Shown here: piece by piece, positions 12,521-27,572 of the stretch
Layout of the letters: the number at the start of each line of letters is the position of its first letter
Numbering within the stretch: the stretch's first letter is position 1
NCBI RefSeq assembly: GCF_009914755.1
Contig: NC_060925.1
DNA: 64,000 bases
Direction: 5' to 3' (one strand)
Source: the human T2T-CHM13v2.0 reference genome, Homo sapiens
The notes under the pieces: generated by a model
Database searches by the model: none
The model's input: only the letters and a program-made list of their open reading frames with translations
What the model was told of the DNA's origin: nothing
Made by a program: the position numbers and the translations under genes

Positions 12521-13222
12521 GGTGAGATTGAGCTAGTCTCAAGTGGCCAATAAGCCCATTACTATCACTTCCTCTGTGAACTGCATACTGATATTCTTTC
12601 CTCCCGTGCTGAATATCCTGTTTGCCACTTCACATTCACTCTCTCCATTTTCCATCTTGCTCTTGCCCTACAAGTGGGACCTCTTTGGGATTCGTCAGCA
12701 TGGCGCCTGTGCCCTTGGGCTCCCAGCTGGGCTCAGCCAGCAGAAAGCCTGGCAGGAGATTGGAGGTAGGAAGGGGTTAAGTTCAAAGTATTTATTTCCT
12801 TAGGTCCTTCCCTGTGAGGTTGCCTCTGACTGGGTGTATCTTTAGAACAAAGCTCAGTGATCTTCTGACCGGACCTGCTCTCCCTCTGAGCTCCTGTAAC
12901 CTTTCCCTCCTCTTATCTTTTCAGATCAAGAAGTGATAACTGGGACTGCTACCTGGAGCTATCAGGTAACTGCACTATCTTATGTAGTTTCATGAGATCA
13001 CAACTAGATAAATAGTTTCTTTGTAAATAAACTCTCTTTGGTTTATCCTTGGGTATATACTATCATTTTTACTTTTTTGTTATGTTGACTTTTCTAACTG
13101 AATTATAGATACTCTCCTCTCCACATTAGGGCACCACCCTTTGTTCATCATGGGAACATTTCCCTCAGCTTGTTGCTTTCTAGTTTTATTTTAATGTGGC
13201 TTTTGTTTAGGTTTACTTGAGC

Positions 13223-13295
13223 GAGGTCTGTTCACTCAAGACTCAAGAATGGAATGGAGTCCACTCAAGAATGGAGTCTTGAGTGAACAGACCTC
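13223..13295. repeat. Perfect 22-bp inverted repeat with ACTCAAG micro-repeats
   Basis: GAGGTCTGTTCACTCAAGACTC (13223-13244) / GAGTCTTGAGTGAACAGACCTC (13274-13295). Confidence 0.92.
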
Positions 13296-14362
13296 AAGAC
13301 TCAAGGTCACTCAAATGTGACCTAGAGTTTGAAAAATACATGGCAACTTCCCGCTCCCTTCTCTTTGGAGTGGAGTGAAATTCTAGAGCTGATCCACTCA
13401 TGGCCCAAATATCAGCTTCCCCTCCATAAAAGGTTACATTCCTCTGTAAGCATTTGGAAAGATTCATCTTATGTTCCAGAGATGCCTACCGGGAGCTGCT
13501 CTTCAACTTCATGTGCGTCTTCCCTCTATCCACTCTGCTGTGGAGCTCTGGTTACCTCACGGCTGCTACCTACCTGGAGTTCCTAGGCATAATCCCCTCC
13601 CTGCAGAGAGGGCCCTTCAACCAGGAACCAGTTGAGCTGAGTCTGGGGGAAACCACGCTTTGTTTATTATATGCTCCCTTCATTTTCCATAATACCATCA
13701 ATCATTTTGAGGGGATAGGGAGAGGGTGAATTGCCATTGAATTGAAGGGAATTATAACATAGGATGGTGGGGGAAGAGGACTGAAACTGAGGGTTAAATG
13801 TGATTTTTCCAGAAGGCACTCAGGAAGTTAAATTACTTCATAAGAAGTTCTTCATGGGTTCGCCATGTCGCTAACATGACTCCCTGTCCTTAGATCTTTC
13901 TTCCAACCTTCTTCTAACCCCACCTCTCAAGGAAACTCTGCTACTTGTCCACAAGGGTCAGTCTTATCCCAAGATTACTTCTCTAACCACAGCAGTACCT
14001 TTTCCTTAAGATATTGAAGGGGAAGGGGAGCTCTTCCTGTACACGCTTATGGAGTGAACAGTTGCCTTTGCAAGTTCCCCAGAACTGTGTGGGGAGAGGG
14101 TTCAATATTTCAATATGGAGGAGTCCGGAGTGGGCAGCCTTGGTCCAGCCCCCTTGGAAGTATCCTGACCCACATAAGCTGCAGACCCCTATCTTCATGT
14201 TCCTATTACTGAGTGTGTTAATGTCTTTCCCTAATCTCATGCTTTCAGACTGTATCCCCTCAGGCCTCACAAAATAAGAAATGGACCCAACCCATGTGAC
14301 CACTGTCTGAGCCACCCTGCAGCAGCTTTCTAGCACCTCTTGTGAAATGATGGGATGCCGTG

Positions 14363-14667
14363 TTTTTTTTCTTTTTTTTTTTTTTTGAGTTGGAGTCTCG
14401 TTCTGTTGCCCAGGCTGGAGCACAATGGCACTATCTCAGCTCACTGCAAGCTCCGCCCCCTGGGTTCAAACGATTCTCCTGCCTCAGCCTCCAGATAGCT
14501 GGGATTACAGGTGCGTGCCACCACACCTGGCTAATTTTTGTATTTTTAGTAGAGACGGGGTTTTGCCATGTTGGACAGGCTAGTCTCAAACACCTGACCT
14601 CAGGTGATCTGCCCACCTCGGCCTCCCAAAGTGCTGGGATTACAGGTGTTAGCCACCATGCCAGGCC
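14363..14667 (-). mobile_element. AluSx-like
   Basis: Full reverse Alu containing gacctcaggtgatctgccc; imperfect TSD gatgc..gttttt. Confidence 0.92.
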
Positions 14668-15161
14668 AAGATGCTGTTTTTAACTAAGCACCACCCTTGC
14701 CCTTAGTGAGGAGAAAAATGAGAGAGAAAGGGTTGGTTACATATCTTTTGGAGGAGGAGAAGGGAAGCCAAAAGGGAGAGATGCATTTTACTTTCTCACC
14801 TGAAAGGACAACAGGACCAACAAGTCAGATCTGGGGCCACTGCTGGACATCAGTGGGACAGGACACTGGGAAGATGCCAGCTCCATGTCCTTGAAAGTGC
14901 ATGATTAGTAGAGTGTCATAGAAAGGATGACATAAGAAGGATTCCTGTCTTTTAAAAGAAAACTCAATGTCTTTCTCTTTACCTGGACTTTAAGTCAGTC
15001 TGTACTGTTTAAGAATACAAGTATGAAGTCCAAGTTGGACTTAGCTGACTTGTGAGGGAGGGAAAAATGCTAAAGGTAAGAGGATTAGGGGCCTGGAAGT
15101 AGAAAAGACACAAAACAGGCCATGCCACATTGTTGAAGGGAGAAGCTGTCGTTATGGGGTG

Positions 15162-15258
15162 GGTGTGTGTGTGTGTGTGTGTGTTTGTGTGTGTTGTGTA
15201 TATGTTGCCAAAGACAGACATTGGTAGGTGGGGCTGGGTAAAAAGACTGAAGAGATAT

Positions 15259-15292
<34 letters not shown>

Positions 15293-15345
15293 GTGTATAT
15301 GTTGCCAAAGACAGACATTGGTAGGTGGGGCTGGGTAAAAAGACT
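15162..15345. repeat. Tandem duplication (period 97 bp); each unit is (TG)n plus a ~55-bp unique block
   Basis: ttgtgtatatgttgccaaagacagacattggtaggtggggctgggtaaaaagact occurs twice, identically. Confidence 0.92.
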
Positions 15346-15611
15346 AACTGAGAGATGATTTGCTGGAGAGAGGGAAAGGATGCTTGCTGTCAGAGCAAGG
15401 GCCAAAGAATAAGTCCTCAAACAAGCTGGGGACACCATGGGTGTGTAGAATCTGTGGATGGTCTGGGAAGGGAGGCTGACGGCCAGGGACCTGGGCACTC
15501 AGGTCCAGAGAACAGAGGAAAGTCCAGAGGGGGTTGCTCCATAAAATGACCCCACCTAGGAGGAGGACATTTATCACAGGGACTGGAGAGAGACAGTACA
15601 TTTTGTAGAAT

Positions 15612-16180
15612 CAGCTTTATTAAGGTTTAATTTACATCCAATAAAAGTCACATGGGGTGAAGAGGGACTGGGGAGTTATTACTTAACGGGCACAGAGCTT
15701 CTGTTTGGGGTGATGAAAGAGTTACGGAAATAGAGAGTGGTTGCACAATATTATGAATGTCATTAATGTAACTGAACTGTACACTTCATGGTTAAAATGG
15801 CATATTTTATGCTATATATATATATATTTTACCACAATAAAAAGTCACCAAATAATCAAAACATAGAAAATATTCATTACCCTCAAAAGTTTCCCTGTGC
15901 CGCTTAGCAGTTATCACTTTCCCCAACCCTGGCAAACACCAGTCTACCTTTTGTCACTGTAATTCTGCTTTTTCTAGGATTTCTTATAAATGTAATCATA
16001 AAGTATGTAGTTCTTTCTCTCTGACCTCTTTCACTGAACATAATTCAACCACACTGTTGTGTGAATCCGTAGTTTGTTTTTTTTTAATCGCTAAGTAGTA
16101 TTTCATTGTACGGATGTACCATAGTTTGTTTACCAATTTCCCAGAAAATGGACATTTGATTGGTTACTAAGTTGTTGTTT
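15612..16180 (-). mobile_element. Old L1MB/L1ME 3' fragment with a plus-strand L1MB 3' fragment (about 15652-15834) inserted
   Basis: L1M 3'UTR text on both strands; inner insert flanked by caataaaa(a)gtcac. Confidence 0.7.
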
Positions 16181-16701
16181 TTTTTAAAGCCAGCCTGGAC
16201 TAAATGCCAGGCTGTCAAGAAGGTAGATCTCACTCTTACCCAAGGATGAGGTACAAACGCTGGCTATATACAGTTATGAATAAGGGCCCACAGAGCAGCC
16301 CTATGTGTTTTCTTATGACAGCTTAATATCTTGAACCACGATCTGCAGATGACCTCCAGATCTCAGATTTTCCTGTTCACAGTTCTCAGATTTTATTCTG
16401 TGAGACATGCCCCATGTAGGGAGCGCTGTGACTGAGAACCTATGTTGACAGGCTCCATGAACACCGTGGAGCAGCAAAGACGTTCTCCTTTTGTGCCTTG
16501 CTTTCTACATAACTTCCATGGCAGTTGCATGGAGATCCAAGGTAGGCCAACAGGAGTTTCACAAAACATACCATATTACAATATATTTAACATAATATAA
16601 TTTATTATATATAGTGTCATATAATTTAATATAAAATATATAGTCATATCACTTGTCTGCATACCTGATGCTTTTATTCTTGCATAAGAAAAAATAATCA
16701 T

Positions 16702-17024
<323 letters not shown>

Positions 17025-18237
17025 TCAAAATCAACTTTTTTCTTTCCCTTCCTCCATAAAGGACTCCCTTCCCTGGCTTTGGTGCCTCAGAATATATCTT
17101 CAGACTCTACTAGGGGCAGCTTGCCTTTAGGAGTCCTTGGCTGGTATCTGGTTTCAGAATTTTGTTGACACACCTCACTCTTAATCCCGTCTCCCAACCT
17201 GTGCTGTGAGCTTGATATTTTAGATCATGCTTGTTTCCCCTTGAGTGGCCCTGGGCGAGACGAAGGACAGTTAGCTTCTTGCCTATTTCTGACGCATGAG
17301 CCACAGGCCCCAAATGGCAAACCTGCTCACCTTGCAGATTTTCTCCATGGTCTCTGGTGAGAGGCTGGTGGTATTTAATGAGACTTCTCAGCCTCAGGCT
17401 TCAGTTGTACCTTCCAGTGGCCCCAGGTGGCCCTGAGCACCCAGTGATTAATGTCCAAGGTCTCTGCCCAGCCATTTTCTGTTTCCCTGTATCCCCCGTC
17501 CTCTGGTGGCCAGAGGAAACTACCCACCCTGGTCTGGGCTATTGCTCCCATGAACGCTCAGTAACAATGCCTTTAGTTTCCTTTCTCCTACAGATGTGCT
17601 CAAATCAAGATATGAAATCCCAGACTGGGAGGAAGGATAGTGTAGGATTGGTGACCATAGTGGACATCTGTTGTTTTTCTCTGCCCAATACCACTCTCAC
17701 CCCCTTCTACTGTTAATGGCATTCTTTTCTTTTTAACTTTTATTTTAGGTTCAGGGGGCACATGTGCAAGTTTGTTATATAGGTAAGTTGCATGTTATGG
17801 GGGTTAGTGTACAGATTATTTCATCATCCAAGTAATAAGCATAATACCTGATAGGAGGTTTTTGATCCTCACCCTCCTCCCATGTTCCACCTTCAAGTAG
17901 GCCCTGGATTCTGTTGTTCACTTCCTTCAGTTCATGTGTAGTCAGTGTTTAGCTTCCTCTTATAAGAAAATGTGATATTTGGTTTTCTGTTCCTGCATTA
18001 GTTCGCTTAGGATAATAGCCTCCAGGTCCATCCATATTGCTGCAAAGGACATCATCTCATTCTTTTCATGCCTGCATAGTACTCCATGGAGTACTTTATA
18101 TGGACCACAGGTTTTTTTATCCAGTCTACTGTTGATGAGCATTTAGGTTAATTTCATGTCTTTGCTACTGTAAATAGTGCTGTGATGAACATACACGTGC
18201 ATGTGTCTTTATGGCAGAAAGATCTACATTTCTTTGA

Positions 18238-18652
18238 TGATATAAGTTTGGATATTTTCCCCCACCCAAATCTCATGTTGAATTGTAATCCCCAATGCTG
18301 GAGGTAGGGCCGGGTGAGAGATGTTGAGGTCACAAGGGGCAGGTCCCTCATGGCTTGGTGCTGTCTTCATGATAGTTGAGTTCTCACAAAATGTGGTCAT
18401 TTAAAAGTGTGTGGTACCTTCCACCCCCTGCTCTTTTTCTCTTGCTCCTGCTTTTGCTATGTGAAGTGACTGCTCCTGCTTCACCTTCCACCATGATTGA
18501 AAGTTCCCAAGGCCTCACCAGAGGCTGGGCAGATGCCAGCATCATGCTTCCTGTAAAGCCTTCAGAACAGTGAGCCAATTAAGCCTCTTTTCTTAATAAA
18601 TTACCCAGTCTCAGCTATTTCTTTATAGCAAAGCAAGAATGTCTTAACATAT
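18238..18652 (+). mobile_element. MSTA/MSTB MaLR solo LTR
   Basis: tgatataagtttggatatt...aaatctcatgttgaattgtaatcccc...ttctttatagca; TSD about tttg(a/g). Confidence 0.88.
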
Positions 18653-18826
18653 TTGGGTATATATCTAATAATGGGATTGCTAGGTCAAATGGTAGTTCTG
18701 TTTTAAGTTCTTTGAGAAATCACCAAACTGCTTTTGACAATGGCTGTAGTAATTTATATTCCTACCAGCAGTGTATGTGGGCATTCCTTTTTCTCTGCAA
18801 CCTTGCCAGCATCTGTTACTTCTTAA

Positions 18827-19125
<299 letters not shown>

Positions 19126-21649
19126 TTGACTTTTTAATAATAGCCATTAATGGCATTCTTTAGAGCCATTAATGGCTGTTATATGATCCTTATTTTACCT
19201 TATGGTAGTGAAATAGGAACAAATTCCAGTGTCTTGCTCCAACCCCTAACCCCCATACACAGAGCGTGTGACCTAGCCTGGCCTTTCAGAGGCATTCTCT
19301 TTGATTCTTTCTCATCTGTCACTGGTAATGAAGATGTAAGTAAGATGTGATCCCAGAACTGCTAGCAACAATATCCCCCATTATGTGGAGAAAACTGAAA
19401 AAATGAATCTCATATGTAGGAAAATATCTCAATTTTTCTCTGAAAATCTGTCACTCTCCCTGAATGCACTTTTGTTCCAACTGACAGTTACCATCCCTAT
19501 CCTCTCCTGCCCAAAACATGGGCATGTGGCCCAAGTGTGGCCAATCAGATGCTGTCCTATGAGAATTTGAATCTTGAGCTGTGTGACACAAGAATAAATG
19601 ACATTAGGATCATCTTAACAGCATCACCCAGAGACTGTTTTTTAGTTCCTAAATCTAGATTCCTGGATCTTCTGTGGTTCCTGTTCTCTTAAAGACCGAA
19701 TTGTCCAACTTTTTCTTTATTTCTCTGTGCTATTCCGTAGTTCTGTAATAAATTTTATTGTTACTTATGTTAACCGTAGTAGATTTCTGCCATTTGCAAC
19801 CAAAAAAACCTTCTAACTAATAAATCTTCTAATACCTATTGCCTCTCTCTGTTAAAATCCCTATCAATTATCCCTATTGCTGGCTTTATTTCCTCTACCA
19901 ATATTGCATCTCCCATCCGTGAAGAACAAGAATGGAAAGTAGACTGTGATTCACAAGAGACTTATGAGGAATGGTGTGACTGAGAGAAGTAGTTGCTAAA
20001 ATTCATTATTAAAAGACAAATCTTCTTGGGTCTCATGTTTCTGCACATCTTACAAGCACAATGACTGACACTTTTGTTATGAACTATCTTTTTAAGGATA
20101 TTTGTATAGCAAACTACTTTGGAAGATAGAGTATCTTCCCCTGGAACAAAGGTGCGTGTTTACTTGCTGTCCATTATAAAAGGTTTTTAGTTCCCTAAGC
20201 TCAGGGTTTCTCTCTTGCAACACAATCCACTACATGTGCAGGTGTCATCTGGCTCTGCTTGCATTGATCTGTGCCAATTAGGGCTTAGGAAACTGGTACA
20301 AATGCCAGTATCTAACTACTGCTATTGCTGTGGGCAATAACGTTTTTTGTCTGTGATCCAGGAGTCTTGTGTCTTCTGTCAGCATCTATGAAACTGTGGC
20401 AGCATAACTTAGATTATAAGTACAGCAAAATGTTCACAGTTCTTGACAGTCTTAGTGACTATGATGGGATGTAGATTGATAAGTAAAAGAGGAATGATGA
20501 AGGCCTTATAGGCCAATAAAAAGTTTCTGTGGGGAGCCTCTGGTAATCAGTAGTGAACATGTTGACCAAATTTTATGATCAGGTAGGCATGAAATGCTTC
20601 TCTATTTTTTGCCAGTTGTGAGTTGGAATTGAAGAGTTGCAGGCTCATTGTGTGAGTCCAGCCCAAGAGTGCAAAGTGACATAAACCTGGTGATGCCAGG
20701 CAGATAACAGTGTGGCTGTGACTCTGAGTCAAAAGGTCCCCAGGCTGAAATAGAAGGTGTTAGACATGAGGACCTTGCTGCCCAATAGAAGGCACTGGAC
20801 TGGCCAAAAACATTGTGACTTCATTTGGTTGAGCCATGAGCAGCCACCACGTTGTCTAAAACTGAAAATAAATGAAAAGCCTCACTGCTGGAGAGGCTCT
20901 TTCCCCTTTTGCCCTCTGATCCCTCCCTCCCTCTCTACCCTGGCCTCTGCTACTGACAGTACAGATATTCAATGGACCTTCCAAGCCCCTTACCATCCAC
21001 AGGTATTTGGTATTGTTTAGCAATGGAATGGCCTCTTCAAAAATTGAGGAATCAAAAGATTTCTGACTCTACTTCCCTCACCTTGTCTTGGTCCACTTTA
21101 GTAAGGCAGTTTGGTTAATGAAGGCAGCTGTCCCCAGAGAGAGATCATCTCCTCTTGGCAGGTTTTTGGATGATAACCAGGACAAAAAGGAGTGCAAGGC
21201 TGTGTAGACTTATTTTGAAATGTGAGATTTCTCCCTGACCATTCCTGGCCATGATGCATCTTTCTTTTCCCTGATAGCAACCCCACGCCAGCCTGGTGGC
21301 CAGGAGAGTTCAGCTTAATTCTGGTTCAGTCATCTGTATTATCTATTTGGATTGACTTGGATTACAGTGATAATTGCCACTTGGTTGAGCACATGCTCAC
21401 CAAATCCCCCTACAGTGAGTGGCTCACACAGGCCAATGTGGGGGCTATAATGGGTCTCTATAACTTTTATAAAAATGTCCAGCCTTCTGAACAAAGGTCG
21501 GGGTGTGATTAGGGGACAATTGAGAAAAGGTGAATTGCACCTACTAGAATTGGATGCACCAGTTTGGAAGCAGGACAAAACAAACAACAGCACCTGAGAT
21601 GGGAGCACTCAGACCCTGAGAGACACAAAAGAGAGGGGGATTCAGATGA

Positions 21650-22880
21650 TGTTTGTTTTCCAGAACCACCTCCGGAGCCTTCCTCATGAAGGAAAACTCT
21701 GACGAGGCTTTTCCAAACTGTCAGAAGGGACTTAAATGGAACTGCCTGCCGGGTCTGCAATCCTCTGCCAGATGGTTCTGATCATGATTTGACTGCCACT
21801 TCCTTTAAACTTACTGAGAAGTCTATCAGAAACAACAGTGGATGGCCCCAGCTCCCACACCTCCCACAAGAACACCTGCTAACACCTCCAGATGTCTTTC
21901 CTAGCCCCTTCTCATAACTGTCACTCAGTCATTTTCTCTGGTGGAAAAATGCCACCCAGGTGGTGGTATGAAAAAACAGGTCAGGTTGGACTGGCTGCCC
22001 TCAGGCAGTCTTTCTAAAAACAAAGACTAAACTCATTCATTTAAACTAAACTGGGAATTTTAAAGTTTACCAACTGGCCAAAAAGTCATGTCGGAGGCAC
22101 ATCAGCCTCTCCACCTAGATGACGTAGGTTCCACTAGGGACCCCCAACAATTATAAACAACACTTTTTTTTCCATGAACATGATGTATACCCTTGGGACT
22201 GTACTTTTTATATAGAACTCAGGCATTAACCTCTCTGCCTTCTGAAAACACATTGACTTACGACTTAGCAATGGTCATAAGAAATCTTCAGATGTTTAAA
22301 GAAGCACCACCAGTAGATGACATAGCCCTCTGAACTACAGATATCTCTCCCAAAAAAGGGCAACTTTTGGCTACGTGGGAGAGATTCCCAGAGAGATAAC
22401 TGTATCCCTTGTTATGTATGTGTCCCCAGTATATAATGCCACTATGTCAGGAGTCAGTTTAAACACATGGTATAAATTAGTGCCTGACTTTAGTTTAAGT
22501 GATCAACACTACTGCCTCCTTCCTGGAAGGCATTCCGGTTGGCCTCAAGTGGCCAGGGTTGTTATGAATATAATTGCCCTGGATTTCCATTTTGAGGGCC
22601 AAGACAGAGTCTATGCAATCACTGATATATATTGATGTTCCTGGATTAATGTCTTAGGCCAAGTGGAAAGACCAGTACAAAAATTTACGGAGAAAGCCAC
22701 GTGACTCTCTAAAGCGGACCCTGATGATTCATAGGATTTGTTCAGCTGCCTCGGTCTGGCACCCTGGGCAGCATGAAGGTCAATCTTGTAGGTTGGCCTC
22801 ATTCTGCTGATTTGAGTCCTCTTAATAATAGCTTAATTAAATGCTATATGATACAAATGGAACAGATTTGCCCTTAGCCT
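21650..22880 (+). pseudogene. Degenerate gamma-type retroviral env inside the LTR40 element
   Basis: LNGTACRVCNPLP (SU CxxC, 21732-21770); QVARVVMNIIALDFHFEGQDRVYAITDIY*CSWINVLGQVE (ISD and decayed CX6CC); hydrophobic anchor-like stretch near 22780-22850. Confidence 0.7.
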
Positions 22881-23049
22881 CTATTGTTCAGATTAATCAG
22901 AGTGGCCAATGGAGTGGTGTATTCATGGGAAATTTTGACAGAACCCAGGGAGTATAGATAGACAAACTTACTATCTAGTCTAGTGTAATAAAGATAATGT
23001 TTGCTTCTGGGAAAAAGAGTAGACAGGCTTACATTCCATTGTAAAATAT

Positions 23050-23360
<311 letters not shown>

Positions 23361-23811
23361 CTTTGTAAAATATCTGGATTCTTGGACCTTAGGGTCTCTC
23401 CTCTGTGATGTAATCCATCACATAACACCTGACTCTTTTTGCATCACCCTGTGGGAATCGGGGCTTGGGGAACCAGCACAAATCCTCATACTCTGGCTAC
23501 TGTTATTGCTGTGAATCATAAGGCCTTTAACTCTGACCCAGGAGTCTCAAGTCTTCTGCTAGTATCCGTGAAACTATGACAAGCTAACTTGTTAGATTGC
23601 AAGTAGGGTAAAATCTCAGACACTTCACAGCTCTTGACATCATTCCATCTTATTCATAATGCTCCTAGTGGGTTAAAGTTTTCCACCAAGTGAATTTAGC
23701 ATAATCCTATTCCTTTCCAACCTCAAAAGAAGGATTAATGAGGGACTAGGGTGGTATTTGCTGTCCTCCACAACTCTCTCCCCATCAGCGGGCTTGGCCA
23801 GGCTCATTATC

Positions 23812-23970
23812 GTTTTTGTTTTTGAGACAGGGTCTCCCTCTGTTGCCCAGGCTGGAATGCAGTGCTGCAATCACATCTCAGTGCAGCCTCAAAACTCCTA
23901 GGCTCAAAGGATTCTCCCATCTTGTCTTCCCAAAGTGCTGGAATTACAGGCATGATGGCCACAGACAGGC
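23812..23970 (-). mobile_element. Alu monomer or internally deleted AluJ
   Basis: gagacagggtctccctctgttgcccaggc joined to cccaaagtgctggaattacaggc, about 160 bp. Confidence 0.8.
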
Positions 23971-24294
23971 TCTTTAAACAGGAAATTACCTCAATGGGTC
24001 TCTCCAGGCTCTGCCTCTTGTACTCTCTTGTGCCATCCTCTCTCAGCCTGTTCTTGGTCTTTGTCCACAATAGTTGTAGTGGTCATTATTGGTTGGCTAC
24101 TCAGTATTCATTCTCTACCATTTTCCCACCCCTTTCATGATGGTTCCTGATGGAACTGCAACACCATTCAGACATTCGCTTATTTCCAAGCAGTGAGAGG
24201 AAGCTGATCCCACCCCCAGCTCCAGAGGTGAAATTGATCAGTCTAAGGGAAACTTATTCACTCCCTTTGCCAAAAGACCAATTCTGGCCAATGA

Positions 24295-24673
<379 letters not shown>

Positions 24674-24849
24674 TGAAAACGAAGCCCCCATTTAGGATGG
24701 CAGAATGGAGAGATGGCGGCAATGTCATCCTGCTCAGTCAATCAACTGTGGTGCCCACTCTGCCTCTGGGCTTCCTGTTAAGAGAAATATATAATACATT
24801 TTCTAAATGTTCAACTCAGTTTGAGTAGAGAATTCTATTACTTGTTAAC

Positions 24850-25070
24850 ATACATTGAGCTAAGTTTTGGGCACTCTTCAAGTACCTTAAATAAATCCAT
24901 GTATTTACAACTTATAAGAAACCTATCAAGTTCACTATTTTCCTCATTTTGCACACAAGAAAACTAAGATACAAGGAGCTTGAATATTTTGCCCAGGTCA
25001 CACAGCTAGTTAAGGGATAAAGCTAGGGTTGAATCTAGAGCTGGCTCAAAATCCGTAGACTTAACCACTC
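24850..25070 (-). mobile_element. MIR
   Basis: ctcattttgcacacaagaaaactaagatacaagg...ttgcccaggtcacacagctagt. Confidence 0.75.
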
Positions 25071-26910
25071 GTCTATCACTTTGCACCGGGCTGTCACTTG
25101 CAACCTAAAGCATTGCAGCTGATACTAACTACACGTTGCTTCTCAAGGCTGCCTCAACCAAGACTTAGGCTTTGGACCTCCTTAGCCTCCAAATCTATTG
25201 CTTCAGGCAAGCTTCACTCTCCCATGCCCACCTGCAGGGACCAGGAGTCCAGACATTAACATCTAATGTCATTTCCCATTTGAATACCTAGAAAGGCAGC
25301 CAAAAGTTAAACGTGAGTTCTTATTTCATATTCTGTGTATTTTAAGCACCTTGATATGGTCACCCTATTCAAATGACATCTATTGTGTGAGCCAAATCCT
25401 GCCTTTCAGGAGAGACCCTCTTAAGGACCTTAAGAACTGGCTGGCAGCAACTGGGAGCTTTTATATTAGTCCTGTTGCCATTGAGGAAATAGACAAGCTC
25501 TCCTCAAGCCTGTCTCGGGGACTATGTGATATATATGCATATATTATATACGTAAAACTTAGAGTTCATTGCTACATTTTGATAAGTAAGTAGGCAGACA
25601 GTAAATAGGAAGATCAATAATAGACAAATAGATAGACACATCCCCCCACACATATATTTACCAAGCTTATGTTGTGATAGGAAACTCCCGAACCTAGCAC
25701 AGCTGTATATATTCTTCCTTTGATAATCAGCACTGTTTCCCCCTTCATTGTGTAACATGGGAGTGGGAAGGAACATGATTACCAGACAAGATCAATCAAT
25801 TTACCTCTGCTCCCCCTGCCCTTCGTCCTGAGCAGTCCCTTCCCCCCTCCTCATTGAGAGTTTTAGGCTGTTGATCACATTCTTCCTAGCCTGTGATTGG
25901 AAGAGGATCTGGACTTTGCATAGGAACATTTTAGCAACTTACTTTCCCTGCCAGCCCTCCCATGCTCCACGCCTACCACTATTACCAGTAAATTATTTGG
26001 CAAATTTTCAGAATTATTTGAAAAATAATCAAAGCATCTAGGGGACAGGTGAAAGGGATTCTAAATCTGAGGCAGAGGTTATCAGTGGATGGTTCTATTT
26101 GATTAAGTCAGGCATGTACTCTTGCTTAATCCTGAGGCAGCATTCTTTCAACACTAATCTGTTTGAAGTCACTTCATAAGGATCAAGAAGAGAAATAATG
26201 TTAAATAACCCATTTCTAGATTTATCTGAAAAAGAAGGTGTGTTATCTTGAATGATGTGGAGAGAGGAAGACTTCACATTTGAGAAACTCTAAAATGGTA
26301 AAGGATCTAAAGTGTGATAGGATCTCCTTATGTCTAAACATGGAGGACTTGGGTTTTTTCTCCTAAAATGTTTTGTATTATAAACATCTGAAGCTTCCTT
26401 TTAAACAGAACTAAAATGAAGCAGATAGTTCAAACTTATCTGAATTTAGAGTGCAAAAAAGTATAATGTCTCTTTTTCAACTCACACTGGGCTTTGAAGA
26501 TAAAGGTCAGAGGCTTGAGAGGTCTTGTCTTTATGTGAATAGCTAAAGAAGAGGATGCTCACAGAGGACTGGGATTTTTCTTTGTGTGCACTCTAGAAGA
26601 AATTTTTTATTTTATATTTTAAAAATTCAAATATTATTTTCTCCAGACCAAAAAAAAAGATATAGAAAAGTGATAATAGGGATGGGGAAAATGCTGGAGG
26701 AGCTCCAATTATGAATGGCTTATGTGTTCTGGTAGAATGTTCTGCTCCCTGACAGTCCTCCTGGTTTCTTAATGGAATAGTTCAACACTAAGGAGATGGT
26801 CAGGGTGATGTATTTATCTTTTGGAAATACCAATCCTCAATTTATAGATAAACATTTTTAGTTATTCTTATAAATTTTTTGTATGGCATACTATATGATA
26901 TACTATAGTG

Positions 26911-27244
26911 CAGTACAGCCTTTCATATTGGTGGTTTCCACATCCACGGATTCAACAAACCGAGGATTAAAAATATTCTGAAAAAAAAAGTCCAGAAAGT
27001 TCCAAAAGGCTAAACTTGAATCTGTAGCATGCTGAGCACTGTGTTGAAACCATGAGACTAAAGTGATGTGTAGGCATTGTATTAGGCCCTACAAATAATC
27101 CAGAAATCATTTAAAGTATATGGGAGGAAGTGTGTAGGTCATGTGCAAATACAACATCGTTTTATATAAGGAACATCCTTGGACTTTTGGTTTCTGCCGG
27201 GGGTCCTGGAACCAAGCCACCACAGATACCAAGGGATGGCTGTA
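26911..27244. mobile_element. MER2/MER2B (Tigger-derived MITE)
   Basis: catccacggattcaacaaacc...gggggtcctggaaccaa...gataccaagggatggctgta. Confidence 0.85.
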
Positions 27245-27572
27245 TAATAGTATTTTTTTCTGATTTTAAAAGTAATACATTTACTGTTAAAAAAATTTAA
27301 AAGTATTCTTCATTCAAACAATAAATATTTTTGAGATCCTATTATATGTAGCCTCTAGGAATGCAATCTCAAACAAAAATAGACATATTCTCTGTTTTCA
27401 TGGAGTTTAGAATCAAACATAAAGCACACAGAAGAAATGTCATTCACTTATTCATTCAACAGATATTTATTGAGCATCTGTTCTTATAATCATGTGAAAA
27501 TTGCCTATAATGCCAGTACTTAGAGTTCATGTTAAATTTTTCTTAGTAAGTAGGCAAACAGTAGGTAGGAAA

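Noticed and set aside
16187-16220. Hairpin CAGCCTGG-actaaatg-CCAGGCTG beside a T-run (possible Y RNA, SECIS or retrocopy end)
   Set aside because: Only an 8-bp stem; it does not match Y RNA sequences as I recall them and lacks a SECIS core context; cannot be assigned.
21339-21608. Minus-strand ORF with VGGFGE resembling a retroviral protease flap
   Set aside because: Antisense to the LTR40 provirus and has no D(T/S)G motif; likely chance.
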